64,000 nt of DNA from positions 1-64,000 of the forward strand of contig NIVC01003153.1 of the NCBI GenBank assembly GCA_002269645.1, read 5' to 3'. Position 1 is the stretch's first letter; each line of letters begins with the position of its first letter. Source of the stretch: Macrostomum lignano. Its lineage: Eukaryota. The notes under the pieces were generated by a model. The model worked only from the letters and a program-made list of their open reading frames with translations. It ran no database searches and was not told the DNA's origin. The translations under genes were made by a program, and so were the position numbers. Shown here in pieces: positions 1 through 12,330 of this stretch.

Positions 1-808
1 TACATTCCCTGTAGGTTACATTCCCTGTAGGTTACATTCCCCTGTAGGTTACATTCCCCTGTTAGGTTACATTCCCCTGTAGGTTACATTCCCCTGTAGG
101 TTACATTCCCCTGTAGGTTACATTCCCCTGTAGGTTACATTCCCCTGTAGGTTACATTCCCCTGTAGGTTACATTTTCCTGTAGGTTACATTACCCTATA
201 GGTTACATTCCCTGTAGGTTACATTCCCCTGTAGGTTACATTCCCCTGTAGGTTACATTCCCCTGTAGGTTACATTCCCCTGTAGGTTACATTCCCCTGT
301 AGGTTACATTCCCCTGTAGGTTACATTCCCTGTACTTACATTCCCCTGTAGTTACATTCCCCTGTAGGTTACATTCCCTGTAGGTTTACATTCCCTGTAG
401 GTTACATTCCCCTGTAGGTTACATTCCCCCTGTATGTTACATTCCCCTGTAGATTAAATTCCCCTGTATGTTACATTCCCCTGTAGATTAAATTCCCCTG
501 TATTTACATTCCCTGTAGATTAAATTCCCCTGTAGTTACATTCCCCTGTAGTTACATTCCCCTGTAGATTAAATTCCCCTGTATGTTACATTCCCCTGTA
601 GATTAAATTCCCCTGTATTTACATTCCCCTGTAGATTAAATTCCCCTGTAGGTTACATTCCCCTGTAGATTAAATTCCCCTGTAGGTTAATTCCCCTGTA
701 GGTTACATTCCCCTGTAGGTTACATTCCCCTGTAGATTAAATTCCCCTGTAGATTAAATTCCCCTTTAGGTTACATTCCCCTGTAGATTAAATTCCCCTG
801 TAGGTTAC
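1..808. repeat. 17-bp minisatellite (TTACATTCCCCTGTAGG), runs off the window start
   Basis: Directly visible tandem copies; an ATTAAATTCCCC variant becomes common after about 450. Confidence 0.97.
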
Positions 809-1011
809 AGGAGTGTCCAGTCAGCGTTCTCATCTTTAGACTCCATAGATGTTTATAATCCCCATTCTCGAAAACTTTGGATTATGTCAAAACATCGATT
901 TTATTAAACGAATCGTTACTTATAGCACTTTTGATCGTTTATTTTAATTCAAACGATATTCGTTTACAAATTCAATGACATTAATCGTTTATCCTTGTCT
1001 GATAATCCAAG

Positions 1012-1118
1012 ACTTGAACCAGCCGGCACTGTGCTGGGGTGCCGGTCCCCAGTTTCATCAAGGATTATCTCCTCAGATGCCTTCCTCTATGTTTAGCGGC
1101 AGCAATTCGAGTAAATAA
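1012..1118 (+). CDS. Possible terminal coding exon of an upstream gene (LNQPALCWGAGPQFHQGLSPQMPSSMFSGSNSSK*)
   Basis: GC-richer island after CCAAG| (phase 1), open to TAA at 1116-1118; no family recognised. Confidence 0.3.
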
Positions 1119-1374
1119 TCCAACACTGCGCCTGTGCCGGTTTTTAGTTAATTTTTATACGTTTCTATAAGGGTTTTTTTCTGGTTGGGTTCTGCTCCGT
1201 TCACAGCTTTTTTATTTATTGTAATTTTTTGTATACTACTCTTCATTCATTAGCAGCAGCAAGATTGGAGGAAAACTTGTAAAACCAAAATCCAGCAGTA
1301 CGTGTTACATAGCGAGCACGAGAGAAAAGAGGTGGCGTGGCGCCTTAGGTCCCAGACAGGCCCTGACTTTGACC

Positions 1375-1860
1375 TCTCTTCTTACTACTCTCTCATCGGC
1401 TGAGCCAGATTGGGCCTGCCCTCCCCTAGGCTGAGTTTCGTCCATCTAACTATGACTTCTCTCCTTATTGCTCTCTTATTGGCTGAGCCAGATTGGGCCT
1501 GCCCCCCCCCCAGGCTGAGTTTCGTCCATCTAACTATGACTTCTCTCCTTATTGCTCTCTTATTGGCTGAGCCAGATTGGGCCTGCCCCCCAGGCTGAGT
1601 TTCGTCCATCTAACTATGACTTCTCTCCTTATTACTCTCTTATTGGCTGAGCCAGATTGGGCCTGCCCCCCCCCAGGCTGAGTTTCGTCCATCTAACTAT
1701 GACTTCTCTCCTTATTACTCTCTTATTGGCTGAGCCAGATTGGGCCTGCCCCCCCCCAGGCTGAGTTTCGTCCATCTAACTATGACTTCTCTCCTTACTG
1801 CTCTCTTATTGGCTGAACTTGATTGAGTCCGTATCCCTAAGACTGAGATTTGTCCAGTTC
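1375..1860. repeat. ~83-bp minisatellite, about 5-6 copies
   Basis: CTGAGTTTCGTCC recurs at 1431, 1515, 1595, 1678 and 1761; unit length varies with a poly-C run. Confidence 0.95.
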
Positions 1861-2437
1861 TTGCTTTCACTTCTGTACCTCTAGTTTAAACACACTGCGC
1901 GGACAAACCACTAAAAATGGAGACGCTCTACTTTTTAACAATTTTATTTGCGAGTTGACACATCTACGAATAGTTATTCGAGCCAGTGAGTTGAGCAATT
2001 TTAAGATTGTATCAAGATAGAGTCACGTGTCACATTTCGTTATTAGTGCGGGTAGCGACAGGCAGAGATAAATGAGCCAATAGGAAGTCGGGAGGAAGTA
2101 GAGATCATACTACTGAGTTAAAAGTAGCATAAAAGTGGACTTTTATGCTTTTTTACGGTAAAGAACTGAAACTTACTGAAACTTTTTGCTTGCCCTAAAT
2201 AGAATAGCGCATCCTACACTCTTATTTCAGTCCTGACGGGACTTTCTGCTAAATCTTCAATACGATAGAAAATTTCCAAATTATTCCAGCATCTGCTATT
2301 CAATTAACTTATTTTTTATAAAGTGCCATCAGTCTTTTTGCTTCGCGTTTTCTTTTTTCAGTGTCGGTTTTTTGTTCTATGGTTGACTATTATGACTTGA
2401 TTTATTAATTAATGTATGCCAATTCCATCCCCAACAG

Positions 2438-2571
2438 GCAATCCCATGCTGATGCTCACCAACACTCCGCACTCGATGATGCCGCCTGGAGTGGCCGGCA
2501 TGCCGCCTTACCAGCCTCCGCCGCCGCCTCATCAGGGCGGCTATTACCCGGGCATGCCGCAGCAGTTCTGA
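2438..2571 (+). CDS. Probable terminal exon, Pro/Met/Gln-rich (GNPMLMLTNTPHSMMPPGVAGMPPYQPPPPPHQGGYYPGMPQQF*)
   Basis: Acceptor TCCATCCCCAACAG|G at 2437, GC-rich open frame, ends in tandem in-frame stops TGA TAA TAG. This frame is not the one in the ORF track. Confidence 0.6.
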
Positions 2572-3516
2572 TAATAGAGGCTCCTCGAAAAACAATAATG
2601 GAATTCTCTCAACTGACTACTTAGCATGCTTAGTAGTGTGATAGTAATAATGACTGGACAAGTAGACTCTGAAAATGGCATCCCTTAATCTCTATTTCCT
2701 GTCGTGCACAATCTTGTCTTTAAGTTCGCCTAAAACTGTTGCTTAAATTTGATTACAAACAGCTATTCGAAAAATCTAAAATTGCTTCGAAAGTCAATGA
2801 AAATCCTAATAAAAAGTCATTTTGAAAATATATGAAATATTATAAGAACTTGTTGGACACCGCGCCACTACATTTCCCTAAACTTATACTGTTTACTCAA
2901 AAACTACCATTTTATTCCATTGTTTCAATTTTTGCTTGTCTTTTCTCTCTGCTGTAGTTACGATTCTGTTGTTGGTTACAGCTTAATACCGCACATATAA
3001 TATCTTAATGATATACAAATATGGAAATTTCTGATAAGAACAGACAGTTGGTTAATCTTTTTGACCGGCATTATTTGCCGCGTACTACTTACTGAAATGT
3101 GTGGAACTAATAAATCCTGTTTATTTTATTGTTAGCAGTGCAATTGTCGTGGCCCTAAGAACAGCCTGTCTTCTTGTTACAACCAGAAATTTTTATTAAT
3201 TAAGGTATTTAATAATTGTTTGCACTTTGGATTCAAGCGCTTTATTCCTTAAACTGTTATTCACTAATTTAGCACTGAGAATCGTTGAACCGCAGCAGAG
3301 TACAGCTGGAGTTTATGCGCAACTTATTGTTCTATCTTTATATTATTTTACTAATATTTATGAAACTGTTTACGGACGCACTATAAATCTCACCCTCGGT
3401 TATTGCCTGTCAATTTCTCTTAACTATATTTTGTTTGTTATATTTCTTGTTTCTTGTTGTCAATTCTACGTTAAATTTGTGTGTTTTGTGCCATTTTCCC
3501 TCGTCAAAGTCGTAAC

Positions 3517-3519
<3 letters not shown>

Positions 3520-3571
<52 letters not shown>
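3520..3571. repeat. (CT)n microsatellite
   Basis: Directly visible. Confidence 0.98.
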
Positions 3572-3573
<2 letters not shown>

Positions 3574-4420
3574 GTCTCTTCACAGGCTTTCCATTTTATT
3601 TCCAGTTTTTGTGTCCTGTCTGTTTCGCCACATTAATTTTGTCAAATATCTGACAGCCCTCGTGTTGTTTCACGGTTTATTAATAAAGTCATTTTACTCT
3701 TTATTCCCAAAGTAGATATTGTAGACTAATAAAGTAACAGCACGTATTTCAGCAGCTGGTTTAGCTTCGATTGTGTTTTCAAACCCCTACCATTTTGTTT
3801 AGTGATTAAATAAATTTATTATTCATAAATTAACGGACCTGTCATTAGATGAACGACAACAAAGTTTCTTTTTATTCAGGTCTGCTTTGTTTCTTCAGCT
3901 TTGCTGCTTCTCAACCACACATTGTTCCTAATTGTGCTCCAGGGCACAAGCTAGTTAATATTAGTTTTACACTAATCTATACAATAATTGTGACGTGTCA
4001 TTTGTTATGAACAGTTTTGTCCTCGTTTATAAAAGGTGGATTGCTTTACCCTGAAAATTTTGTCTGTTTCTTGTTTTAGACATGGCTTATCGCTTGGCTA
4101 ATAAAATAATACACCTGACTGATCCTTAAATACCTGGATTTATTATTCTGATTATGTCGTATAAGTGTTGTATGTGGTCTTAAATAACTTTTCTATTTTT
4201 TAGCTAGTAGCGTAGCTATAACTGTAAAATGATGGATAACTTTGGTTAGGAGGGAAAAACATTAAAATTTCGAAAATGCGAAAAGCTTTCATTTTTGGTC
4301 AAAATCATTCAATCGTTCATCCCGTGACATCATTGCAAATCAACAGCTTCCTAGTTCTTTGCCCATTAATTTTTTTAACTTTGAGTCAGTGACGAGTCTC
4401 GCAAATACCCTTAGCAAAAA

Positions 4421-4958
4421 GGGGTCCATGAGAATTGCCCGCCGAGATTTGCCCGCAGGAGATTTGCACGCCGAGAATTGCCCGCCGATATTTGCCCGCA
4501 GTGCATTTTGCCCGTGAGCGAATTGCCCGTGAGCGAATTGCCCGTGGAGATTTGCCCGCCGAGTTTTTTCCCGCTGAGGTTTGCCCGCAGTGCTTTTTTC
4601 CTGCAGCGCATTTATCAGCTAGATTCTGTCTGCAACCCCCCATCCCCCTAGAGAGATATGCATTTGATATGCAGTTACTATCAAAGCGTTTGATCGGGTA
4701 AATCTCTTTATTAAAAGTTACTAAGCATTGGGGAGGCAATGCAGACAAAATCTGCCGCGTGGCCAAATGCGCTGCAGGAAAAAAGCATTCGCTCTTTTTT
4801 TCGCTCGCTATCGCGGCCGTTGCGGGCAATTCACTTGCGGGCAAACTGCACTGCGGGCAAATCTCGGCGGGCAATTCTCGGCGGGCTAATCTCCACAGGC
4901 AAATCTCGGCGGGCTAATCTCCACGGGCAATTCGTCTACGGGCATTTTTCGTGCCCCC
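4421..4958. mobile_element. Foldback/MITE-like element with inverted arrays of ~15-bp subrepeats
   Basis: GAATTGCCCGCCGAGATTTGCCCGCAG (left arm) is the exact reverse complement of CTGCGGGCAAATCTCGGCGGGCAATTC (right arm). TGCTTTTTTCCTGCAGCGCATTT pairs with AAATGCGCTGCAGGAAAAAAGCA. Imperfect GGGG...CCCCC termini; no clean TSD. Confidence 0.8.
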
Positions 4959-5990
4959 AGCAAGGGTGGTTGTAAAGATGCCTCCAAGGGCATTCCAAGT
5001 TCTAGCTCTGACTTTTTTTAACCGTATAACAAAGCTTGCTATATCAAGGTATGATGAAAAATAAATTAAAATCATATGGTTCTGAAATTTAAACGAAATA
5101 ACTGTTGTAAAAACTAGCTCTCGTAGTTAAATATGATATCAATTTAAAGGACACAACAATAATCAGGTTTAATTTAAGCAATTTGTGAATTTCGCAATAG
5201 CTCACGGCACGGCCGGATAACTTCAGCAACTGTTACTAGCAAAAATCATTAACAGTAGAGCGGCAGTGACAAGCGATACCTGAACTATTTGTTTTCAATC
5301 GTGAATTTCGTGTCAATTTTATTCACTTTAAAATCATCACTTTAGTCCCAGTAGTAATGAGCCGTCACTCTAAATAATGCATCTATGAATAATCCAACTA
5401 CACAGATTTGTCTGGCAGACGTTGTGTCTTGGTCTATTGCCTGCTGTCCCTTTAGTTTGATGTGCAGTGCAAAATAGCTAGAAAAAATCAATAAGATATT
5501 AAACAATCTATATTTTTAGCTTTTAACAGCATAGAAGGACTTTAACAGCAATGCTATTATGCTAATTTCTTATTTATTTATTTCTAGTTTAGTATTGAAC
5601 TTTTACTCCATTAATTTAATGACTTAATTTTATAGAATAGGGCCAATGCATCCTAATATTAGGGCCATAGTCACTGTCATTTTAGGGGGAGAGAGTAGCC
5701 TAAACCTAGAAGTTAGGCCCCTTAAGGTTAACTCATTTATGTAGTTCAATTCATAGGGACAGGGTGGTATAGTATACCTGTATAACTTTCACTGACACAT
5801 TTTAAAACACATCTTTTGACACTTTTTATAACACTTAAAATGTTGCAAAAAGTTTTATAAAAGTATCAAAAAAGTGTTATAATAGTTAACTTTTATTGAC
5901 ACATTTTTAGAATGTAGGCCCTATTCCAACACTTAAAACGTCACTTAGAGCTAGGTCATGTATATATAATATACATGTACTATTCATGTA

Positions 5991-6185
5991 CAGGCGCTGC
6001 GGAACGAGTTTTTGCCAGGGGGGCAGGACCAAGTTTCCGAAACTCAAGCCCAGACCCTGACTTGGACAATGACCAAAAATTTGAGCAAAATTATGCTGTT
6101 GAACAGTATTTGAGGGGGGGCAATGCCCCCAACTCAATGTCAAGGGGGCAGCTGCCCCCCCTGCCCCCCTGTTCCGCGGCGCCTG
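5991..6185. mobile_element. 195-bp non-autonomous hAT-type MITE
   Basis: 15-bp TIR CAGGCGCTGCGGAAC / GTTCCGCGGCGCCTG (1 mismatch); perfect 8-bp TSD TTCATGTA at 5983-5990 and 6186-6193. Confidence 0.93.
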
Positions 6186-6299
6186 TTCATGTACAATTTG
6201 TATATATATATATGTTTCTTAAGATACTTCAGCAGCCTGCAGTATACATGTAAGACTTTTATGTGTACAAAGTATACATGTATAGGCCTATAACGCTAT

Positions 6300-7317
6300 A
6301 AATATATCAATTAATGCAAATGATGTGCAACAGTTGCGTGAATTTCTGAGGCACTATGGTCAGTGCCCCAAAGAGTGAAGATGGCATTTCGCTAAGCAAT
6401 AAGTGAGTGCATATCCATGTGTGTTGTTGAGTATCAGCAATAAAAGCATAAACAAATTTTAAAATGCAAGCTCTTCTGTTTGCAAGTAAAGTAATGAATT
6501 TAATGCTTTATTTTTCTATGCATTATGTTGTCTATAGACAAATTTCAGTTAGTTAAGTGAGCATCATTTTGCAATTGGGCCTTGGTATTGCTTAAACAAG
6601 ACATTTATCAATACCTTCTTAATGAATGAGTACAGAAGTAGACTATTGTAAATTTCAATACAGTTTATGTAACTGTATGGTATAAGTACTATTACTTTTG
6701 TGGGCATAACTTTTGTTATTCTCTAGTATTCTCTAGTATCAATTTTGAAAATTCAAAAAGCAGTTTATAGAAAAGATTGCCACTATCAGTTCATAAAAAT
6801 TTAAGTCACAAAAAGCTATAGAATGAGAGCTATAGTTAAAATTAACACTACTTTTGGGACAACCCTCATAGATCTTGTCATTCTTTATTAGCAATAGTGG
6901 CATCAGAACAATGCAATTTCTTTTTTAGGTAGGTGTTCAACAAAATTAGGTTGGTAGTTAGTGGCAAGATCTTAGGAACTGCAGCCCTTGTCAACTTTTA
7001 GAGTCTAAAGAGCTGACAATGAGATTGATTTTATCTAATAAGAGTCGTGAACCATAATATATTGTATTGTTTTGATGCAGATTTATTGCCTGTTTTCAAT
7101 GTTGTTACCATGCAGATCTCCATATAACAGAGGCTATTAGGCTATACTTTAGGCTATACCCTATTTTTAGGGCAAGACTTGGAATACCAACTTTAGCATT
7201 AATTTTGTATAGCAGCCAAGTTTTTAAAGCCACACATATTCCAAGTAGCAATGACATGAAAGTCAAAATATCTAGTGTCGAGAGCAGCTAGTAGACTAAG
7301 ATTTGGCTTGCTTGTTA
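6300..7317 (-). pseudogene. Fossil tyrosine-recombinase (Crypton-like) ORF, downstream part
   Basis: Manual minus-strand translation with stops and frameshifts gives ...VTSKPNLSLLAALDTRYFDFHVIATWNMCGFKN, AKVGIPSLALKIGYSLK, SISLSAL*TLKVDK, VPKILPLTTNLILLNTYL. I recognise these motifs from animal YR-type ORFs. The distal boundary is uncertain (possibly to about 5700). Confidence 0.6.
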
Positions 7318-8548
7318 CAATTTGCTAGAGGTCGGACGAGCAAAAATTTTTGGGTCGGGCGTGAGTAGTCGTGAATAATTTCAGCTTTGCCGTGATCGTG
7401 ATCGTGATCGTGATTGGTTCGTGAAAAATTAAAAGTAAAAAATTTCCGTTCAAATTTTGTTTTTTTTTCTTCAAATTTGAATTTTTCTATCAGTTAATGT
7501 GTTTGATTCTATTTTTAAGTGCTTCTATACCATCAGCTTATACCATCTGCATCTGCCCATCTGGCTTTCTTCTCTGGTTGAGAAGGAACTCAGAGTCTGG
7601 CTGAGAAGTAAGAAGTTCTTACTTCTTAGACATTTGTGTTGCTTTTTGGCTTTCTCAAAGCTCAAACTAAGCTGAAAGCTGTAACTATTTAGTATTTTTA
7701 TTTTTAAATTTTTAATTTAAAAGTAGTATTTGCTACTATTACTATTTTAGAATTTAGTATTAAATAAATAGTTAAAACAAAAATTTCATTTCATTTTGAT
7801 CATGAATTTGCATATTTGAGTTTTTCTTTCTTCTTATTATTTTTATGCTATAATAATGTATAAATAGATTAGATACTATACAGATAGATAGTTGATACTA
7901 GAGCATAATTTTATAATCTGATTGTCTAATAGTTATTTAGTAATTATAATTTATAACTAATAATTTTTAATATATAAGCATAGTATTTTTTTACTAAAAT
8001 AAATTGCTGTAAATTAAAAATTAAGGTTGACTAAGTCTAAGTACTAAGTAGCAAATATACTTGATGGATATGCTAAATTAAATTGTTATTTGCTATTGTT
8101 ATTGTCATTTGTTAATAGTAATAATAATAGTCAAACACAAATATTAAATACTTTTTCTTCTTGAATTGAATTGAATAATGAATAATATTCAATATTCAAT
8201 ATAGTATTAACTATTATGTACTAGTACTATCATGTGGTACACTGGTATATTGAATATGTATGCCTGATTGCCTGATGCATAGTAGTATATTTCTAATCTA
8301 TATGGTTAGTCTAAAAATATTTTTTTCTAGCCTATTTGACTTTAAAGTCTGTAGTGACTTTACATTTACACTATACTGCTATACTATGCAATATTTTATT
8401 TAAAATATAAATAAATATTTTAATTTAAAATAATATAATACTTGTTTTTTCTTTGCTTTTCTACCTAGCAAATTAAAATAGGCAATTACACAATATTACA
8501 TTACAATTTACAATTTACAAATCAAACAATTTCAGCCATTCATTTGCA

Positions 8549-10059
8549 ATGGCCTCTGTTGATAAGCCAACCCAGCAACCTCGAGGAAGAGGCAGTGCTG
8601 TGTGGTTGTACTTTAAAGACGTTGAAGGAAAAGAGAATTCTGCTGCTTGCCTAGCTTGTAAGAAGGAGGTTCTACGAAACACAGGATCAACAGGCAGCAT
8701 GCGAAGACACATAGAATCCTGCCATCCAATTCAATTCAAAGAGCTCCTAAACACTGAGGCAGATCGTGCAAAGCCAAAATGTAAAGATGGACCACAACCA
8801 TTGAAGCAGCAGAAGTTGAGCACAATGTTTGCTCAAGCAAATGCTCAAGAATGGTCGGATTCGCACCCTCGTTCGGTTGCAATTGATCGAAAAATTCTCC
8901 GCTTTATTGTGTTGGATTCACAGCCATTCTCTGTGGTAGAAGGTGAAGGCTTTCGCGATCTGTTGAAAGAAGCATGTCCGCAATATCGATTGAAGAGCAC
9001 TCGATTTTATCATGACAAGCTAGAGACTCTCTATGAAGAAATTAAATTGCAGGTCCAGGACGAAATAGACAGACTGCGAGATTTCGGTTTCACGTGTGAC
9101 TTGTGGAGTGACGGCCAGTTGGCACTCATGTCCTTCACAATCCATTCTATCACGCCAGATTTTGAGCGTAAGCAGCTTTTACTGTGCGTAAAGCCATTCA
9201 CTGATGCCCATACTGGGCTTAACATCTCGGCCGTTTTTTCGACAACCCTTGGTGAGTGGGGCATTGGCTTAGAGCAAGTCAGCCTCCTCCTGCGTGATGG
9301 GGCCAGCAACATGAAGCTTGCAGGAGAACTTCTGAAAGTACCATCTGCCCATTGTGCTGCCCACAAGCTGAACCTTGTTGTTAAGGATTCCATCTCCGGT
9401 CATCGAGGACTGAAGACAATACTTGACAAAGCACGGAGCATTGTTGGCCACTTCCACCACTCTGTAACCGCTCAAGCAAACCTCAAAACACTGCAGCTCC
9501 AGCTGAAGCTACCAACACACAGCCTCGTGCAAGATGTAGACACACGCTGGAATTCAACACTAGCCATGTTACGCCGAATCAACGAGCAAGAGGAAGCGTT
9601 TAGTGTCTATCGCACCAGACACCGACCAATTGAAATCCTGACGGACAATGAGTCAGATGTTTCAAAGAAAGCTGTCAAACTTCTTGAGATTTTTGAGGTT
9701 TTTACGCTAGAAGTCAGCAGGGAAACTGCCAGCATCTCGTGTATCTTGCCGATGGTGAAAGTGTCGCTGGAGCATCTGCAGCAGGTAGACTGCTTTGGCA
9801 TCACGTACCTTCGAGACGACCTGGTGAAAGGGTTGACTCAACGCTTCTCTGACGAAAAAAAGAGTCACCACCACATTGTTGCTACGATGTTAGACCCACG
9901 CTTCCGGCTAGATTTTTTCGATGAAGAGCAGCGCAACTTTGCTAAGGCTGAGCTCGTAAAAGCAATGAATGAAATTTTGCGTGAAACTTCTCTTCCTACT
10001 GTTGATGGCGATACAGCCATAGACGAGGACCTCTCCGATGTATCTATCGAAACTGAGCC
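8549..10059 (+). CDS. hAT transposase exon 1 (BED zinc finger plus catalytic core)
   Basis: BED finger (AVWLYF..C..C..GSTGSMRRHIESCH), FTCDLWS, LRDGASNM, HCAAHKLNL and DVDTRWNST motifs; donor CC|GTGAGT at 10060. Confidence 0.95.
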
Positions 10060-10219
10060 GTGAGTATTTCCTCTATTTCATAATTCAATGTACATGTACA
10101 TGTAACAAAAAAATTAAATTATAAATTACATTTGCTACATCTGTAAGTTATAAATTTTATAACTAATATATCAAAGTTCTCTTTGTTTTAACTTTTAACT
10201 TTTAATTTCACCTTTTTAG

Positions 10220-10634
10220 ACAAACTGAGTCTCAGCCTCAGCAGCTATCTATGTCAGCCCTGTTCGAGAAGTCTTCTACTTCTAGTGCTGCAGCTGCAAC
10301 TCTGCGTGACCTGTCTAGGGCCGGAACGCTACTGCCAGTTTCAAACAGAGGCAATGCTATGGACAAGTTGGCTCGTGAAATGGCAGCCTACCTATCAGAG
10401 CCTCGACTTCCATTTGAGGAAGACCCAATGAAGTTCTGGAGAGACAAGACTCCATCAACTGCAATGTCAGCACTTGTTCGGAAATTTCTGGGACCACCAC
10501 CTACCAGTGTTCCAAGTGAGCGTATCTTCAGCAACGTTGGAAACATCTACGAGCCGAAACGACGTCGCCTGCTTGGCGAAACCGTTGAAAAGCTTGTTTT
10601 TATTAACTATAATGTTCGGAAGTTTGACCCATAG
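10220..10634 (+). CDS. hAT transposase exon 2 (C-terminal dimerisation domain)
   Basis: Acceptor CCTTTTTAG|A at 10219 joins in phase 2 to give a 641-aa product; DPMKFW..FLGPPPTSVPSERIFS motif. Confidence 0.93.
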
Positions 10635-11547
10635 AGAAATGAGCAGGGTCCATTCAATTCATTGCTGTTATTGCTGATTAGTGATTAGTTTTACTTTTTT
10701 GAAGATTGAGATCAGAGAGACAAGATAATGATAGAGAAAATAAATAATCAAAGACTATAGAACAAGTAGAGTTGGAGCTACAAGAAAAAGTTTATCGATA
10801 AGGAATAGATAACTGTTGCTATAGTGTGTAGCTGTGTACTCTGTAGTCTGTAGACTCTGTAGTATGATTTTTTGCATGTAGCTAGTATAGTATAGATTAG
10901 ACTTAAATTAGTCATTGTAATAACACTATATGTGTAGAACGTAAAAGTAAAGTAGTAAACCTACATGTACTCTTTTATACTTCATATTCATACACTGATA
11001 AGCTTTTCTGTTTTTCACTTTTCACTGTTTTTAGTTCTGTAGGCAGCTAAGCAAGTTAACAAACACTTGTCTGTACATGTCATGTACTATCATGTAGTGA
11101 AATTTATATACAGTCATACATATATACAATTTATATTTTCATTCAGTGCTTTTCAGTTTTAATTTTACATTTTACAAAATAAACAAAAGATTGAAAAGAA
11201 TAAGGCAGTAAGCTTTGAACTTCGAAAATCCACTTTAACTTCGAACTTTCTGAACTAAGTAAAGTAAACTGAAAACTCTATTCTGTAAGTTTTGTGTTAA
11301 AACACATTCGTTGTATTTGAAAAGAAAAACAAAAACCAAGTAAGTCTACATTTAGGACTGTACACGATTGTGGTTTGGGGAACTGAAAAGTATAAACATA
11401 GTAACATCTGAAGCTGAAAGAAACCCACAATCACGATCACGCACGTGAAAAATGTTTCACGACTCGTGAATTCACGACACTGAAAAAGGTCGTGAATTCA
11501 CGATATCGTGATCACGATCGTGATCACGTCCTACCCCTACAATTTGC

Positions 11548-12330
11548 AATTCTTTCAAAAACCAAGCAATTTCTAGCATTCTAGTAGTGCAAAGACTCAC
11601 TTAACCTCTACTGGCAAGGTGCACTTCCCACAATGAGAGCCCCAGATTGATTCATAATAGCCACATCATTTCTTGCAATGGCCTTTTTGTCATCATTTCA
11701 TTTGCTCAATGGTTTCTAAAAAATCCACTGGATACTTGCTTGGAAGTAGAGCTGCTGAAATTAGAGCTTTGCCAGCTACTACAAATAACTTTTGCTTTTT
11801 TTTCACACTATCCTCATAGTCTACTGGTCAAAATTTACATCTTTGGCAATGCTTGTACAGCTCACAAGCATGAAAAAAGCCAAAGCAGAATTTGCATAGA
11901 AGATAGCTAAAAGATATTTTGGTAGAACCTTTGTTTCAGATGACAATAATCTCTCCTTGTTTAGTTTTTGATAAAACTTGAATATTGTGCTCAAAGTTGC
12001 CTAGCAGATATAGTTTGGTCATGGCTCACTTATACTCTTGAGAAGCCTTTGGATGAGCAGCAGCTGCAGCAACAGCAATCTCATTTTTGTGGTAACAAAG
12101 CAAGTGATCCCATGGACAAGAACAGAGGACACCACAAAAATAGCACAAATGTCTCTTTTTCACCTTTTTATCTGCACTAGCAGCATTACATTCATCGCCA
12201 ACTTCCTCCTCATTTTGACTACTCAGTGTATCATCAATGCCAGAATTTGGGTCATCAACAAGTTTGCCATCTTGAAGTTCGTGCACAAGGCTGCAGATAG
12301 CATTGTCAGTTAAAAAGAGTGCCTCAATAA
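11548..12330 (-). pseudogene. Fossil tyrosine-recombinase (Crypton-like) ORF, upstream Cys/His-rich part
   Basis: One frame reads KKRHLCYFCGVLCSCPWDHLLCYHKNE..HPKASQEYK*AMTKLYLLGNFEHNIQVLSKTKQGEIIVI*NK..SYLLCKFCFGFFHACELYKHCQRCKF*P..AALLP. It continues in frame across the hAT insertion once the element and one TSD are removed. Confidence 0.68.

Larger units (their letters stand above)
7326..11539 (+). mobile_element. Full-length hAT DNA transposon (4214 bp), apparently autonomous
   Basis: TIRs TAGAGGTCGGACG / CGTCCTACCCCTA (11/13); perfect 8-bp TSD CAATTTGC at 7318-7325 and 11540-11547; subterminal CGTGAT/ATCACG repeats at both ends; encodes a hAT transposase. Confidence 0.96.

Noticed and set aside
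3227-3715. 162-aa hydrophobic ORF
   Set aside because: AT-rich, non-ATG start, runs through a (CT)n tract; it looks like UTR or intergenic sequence.
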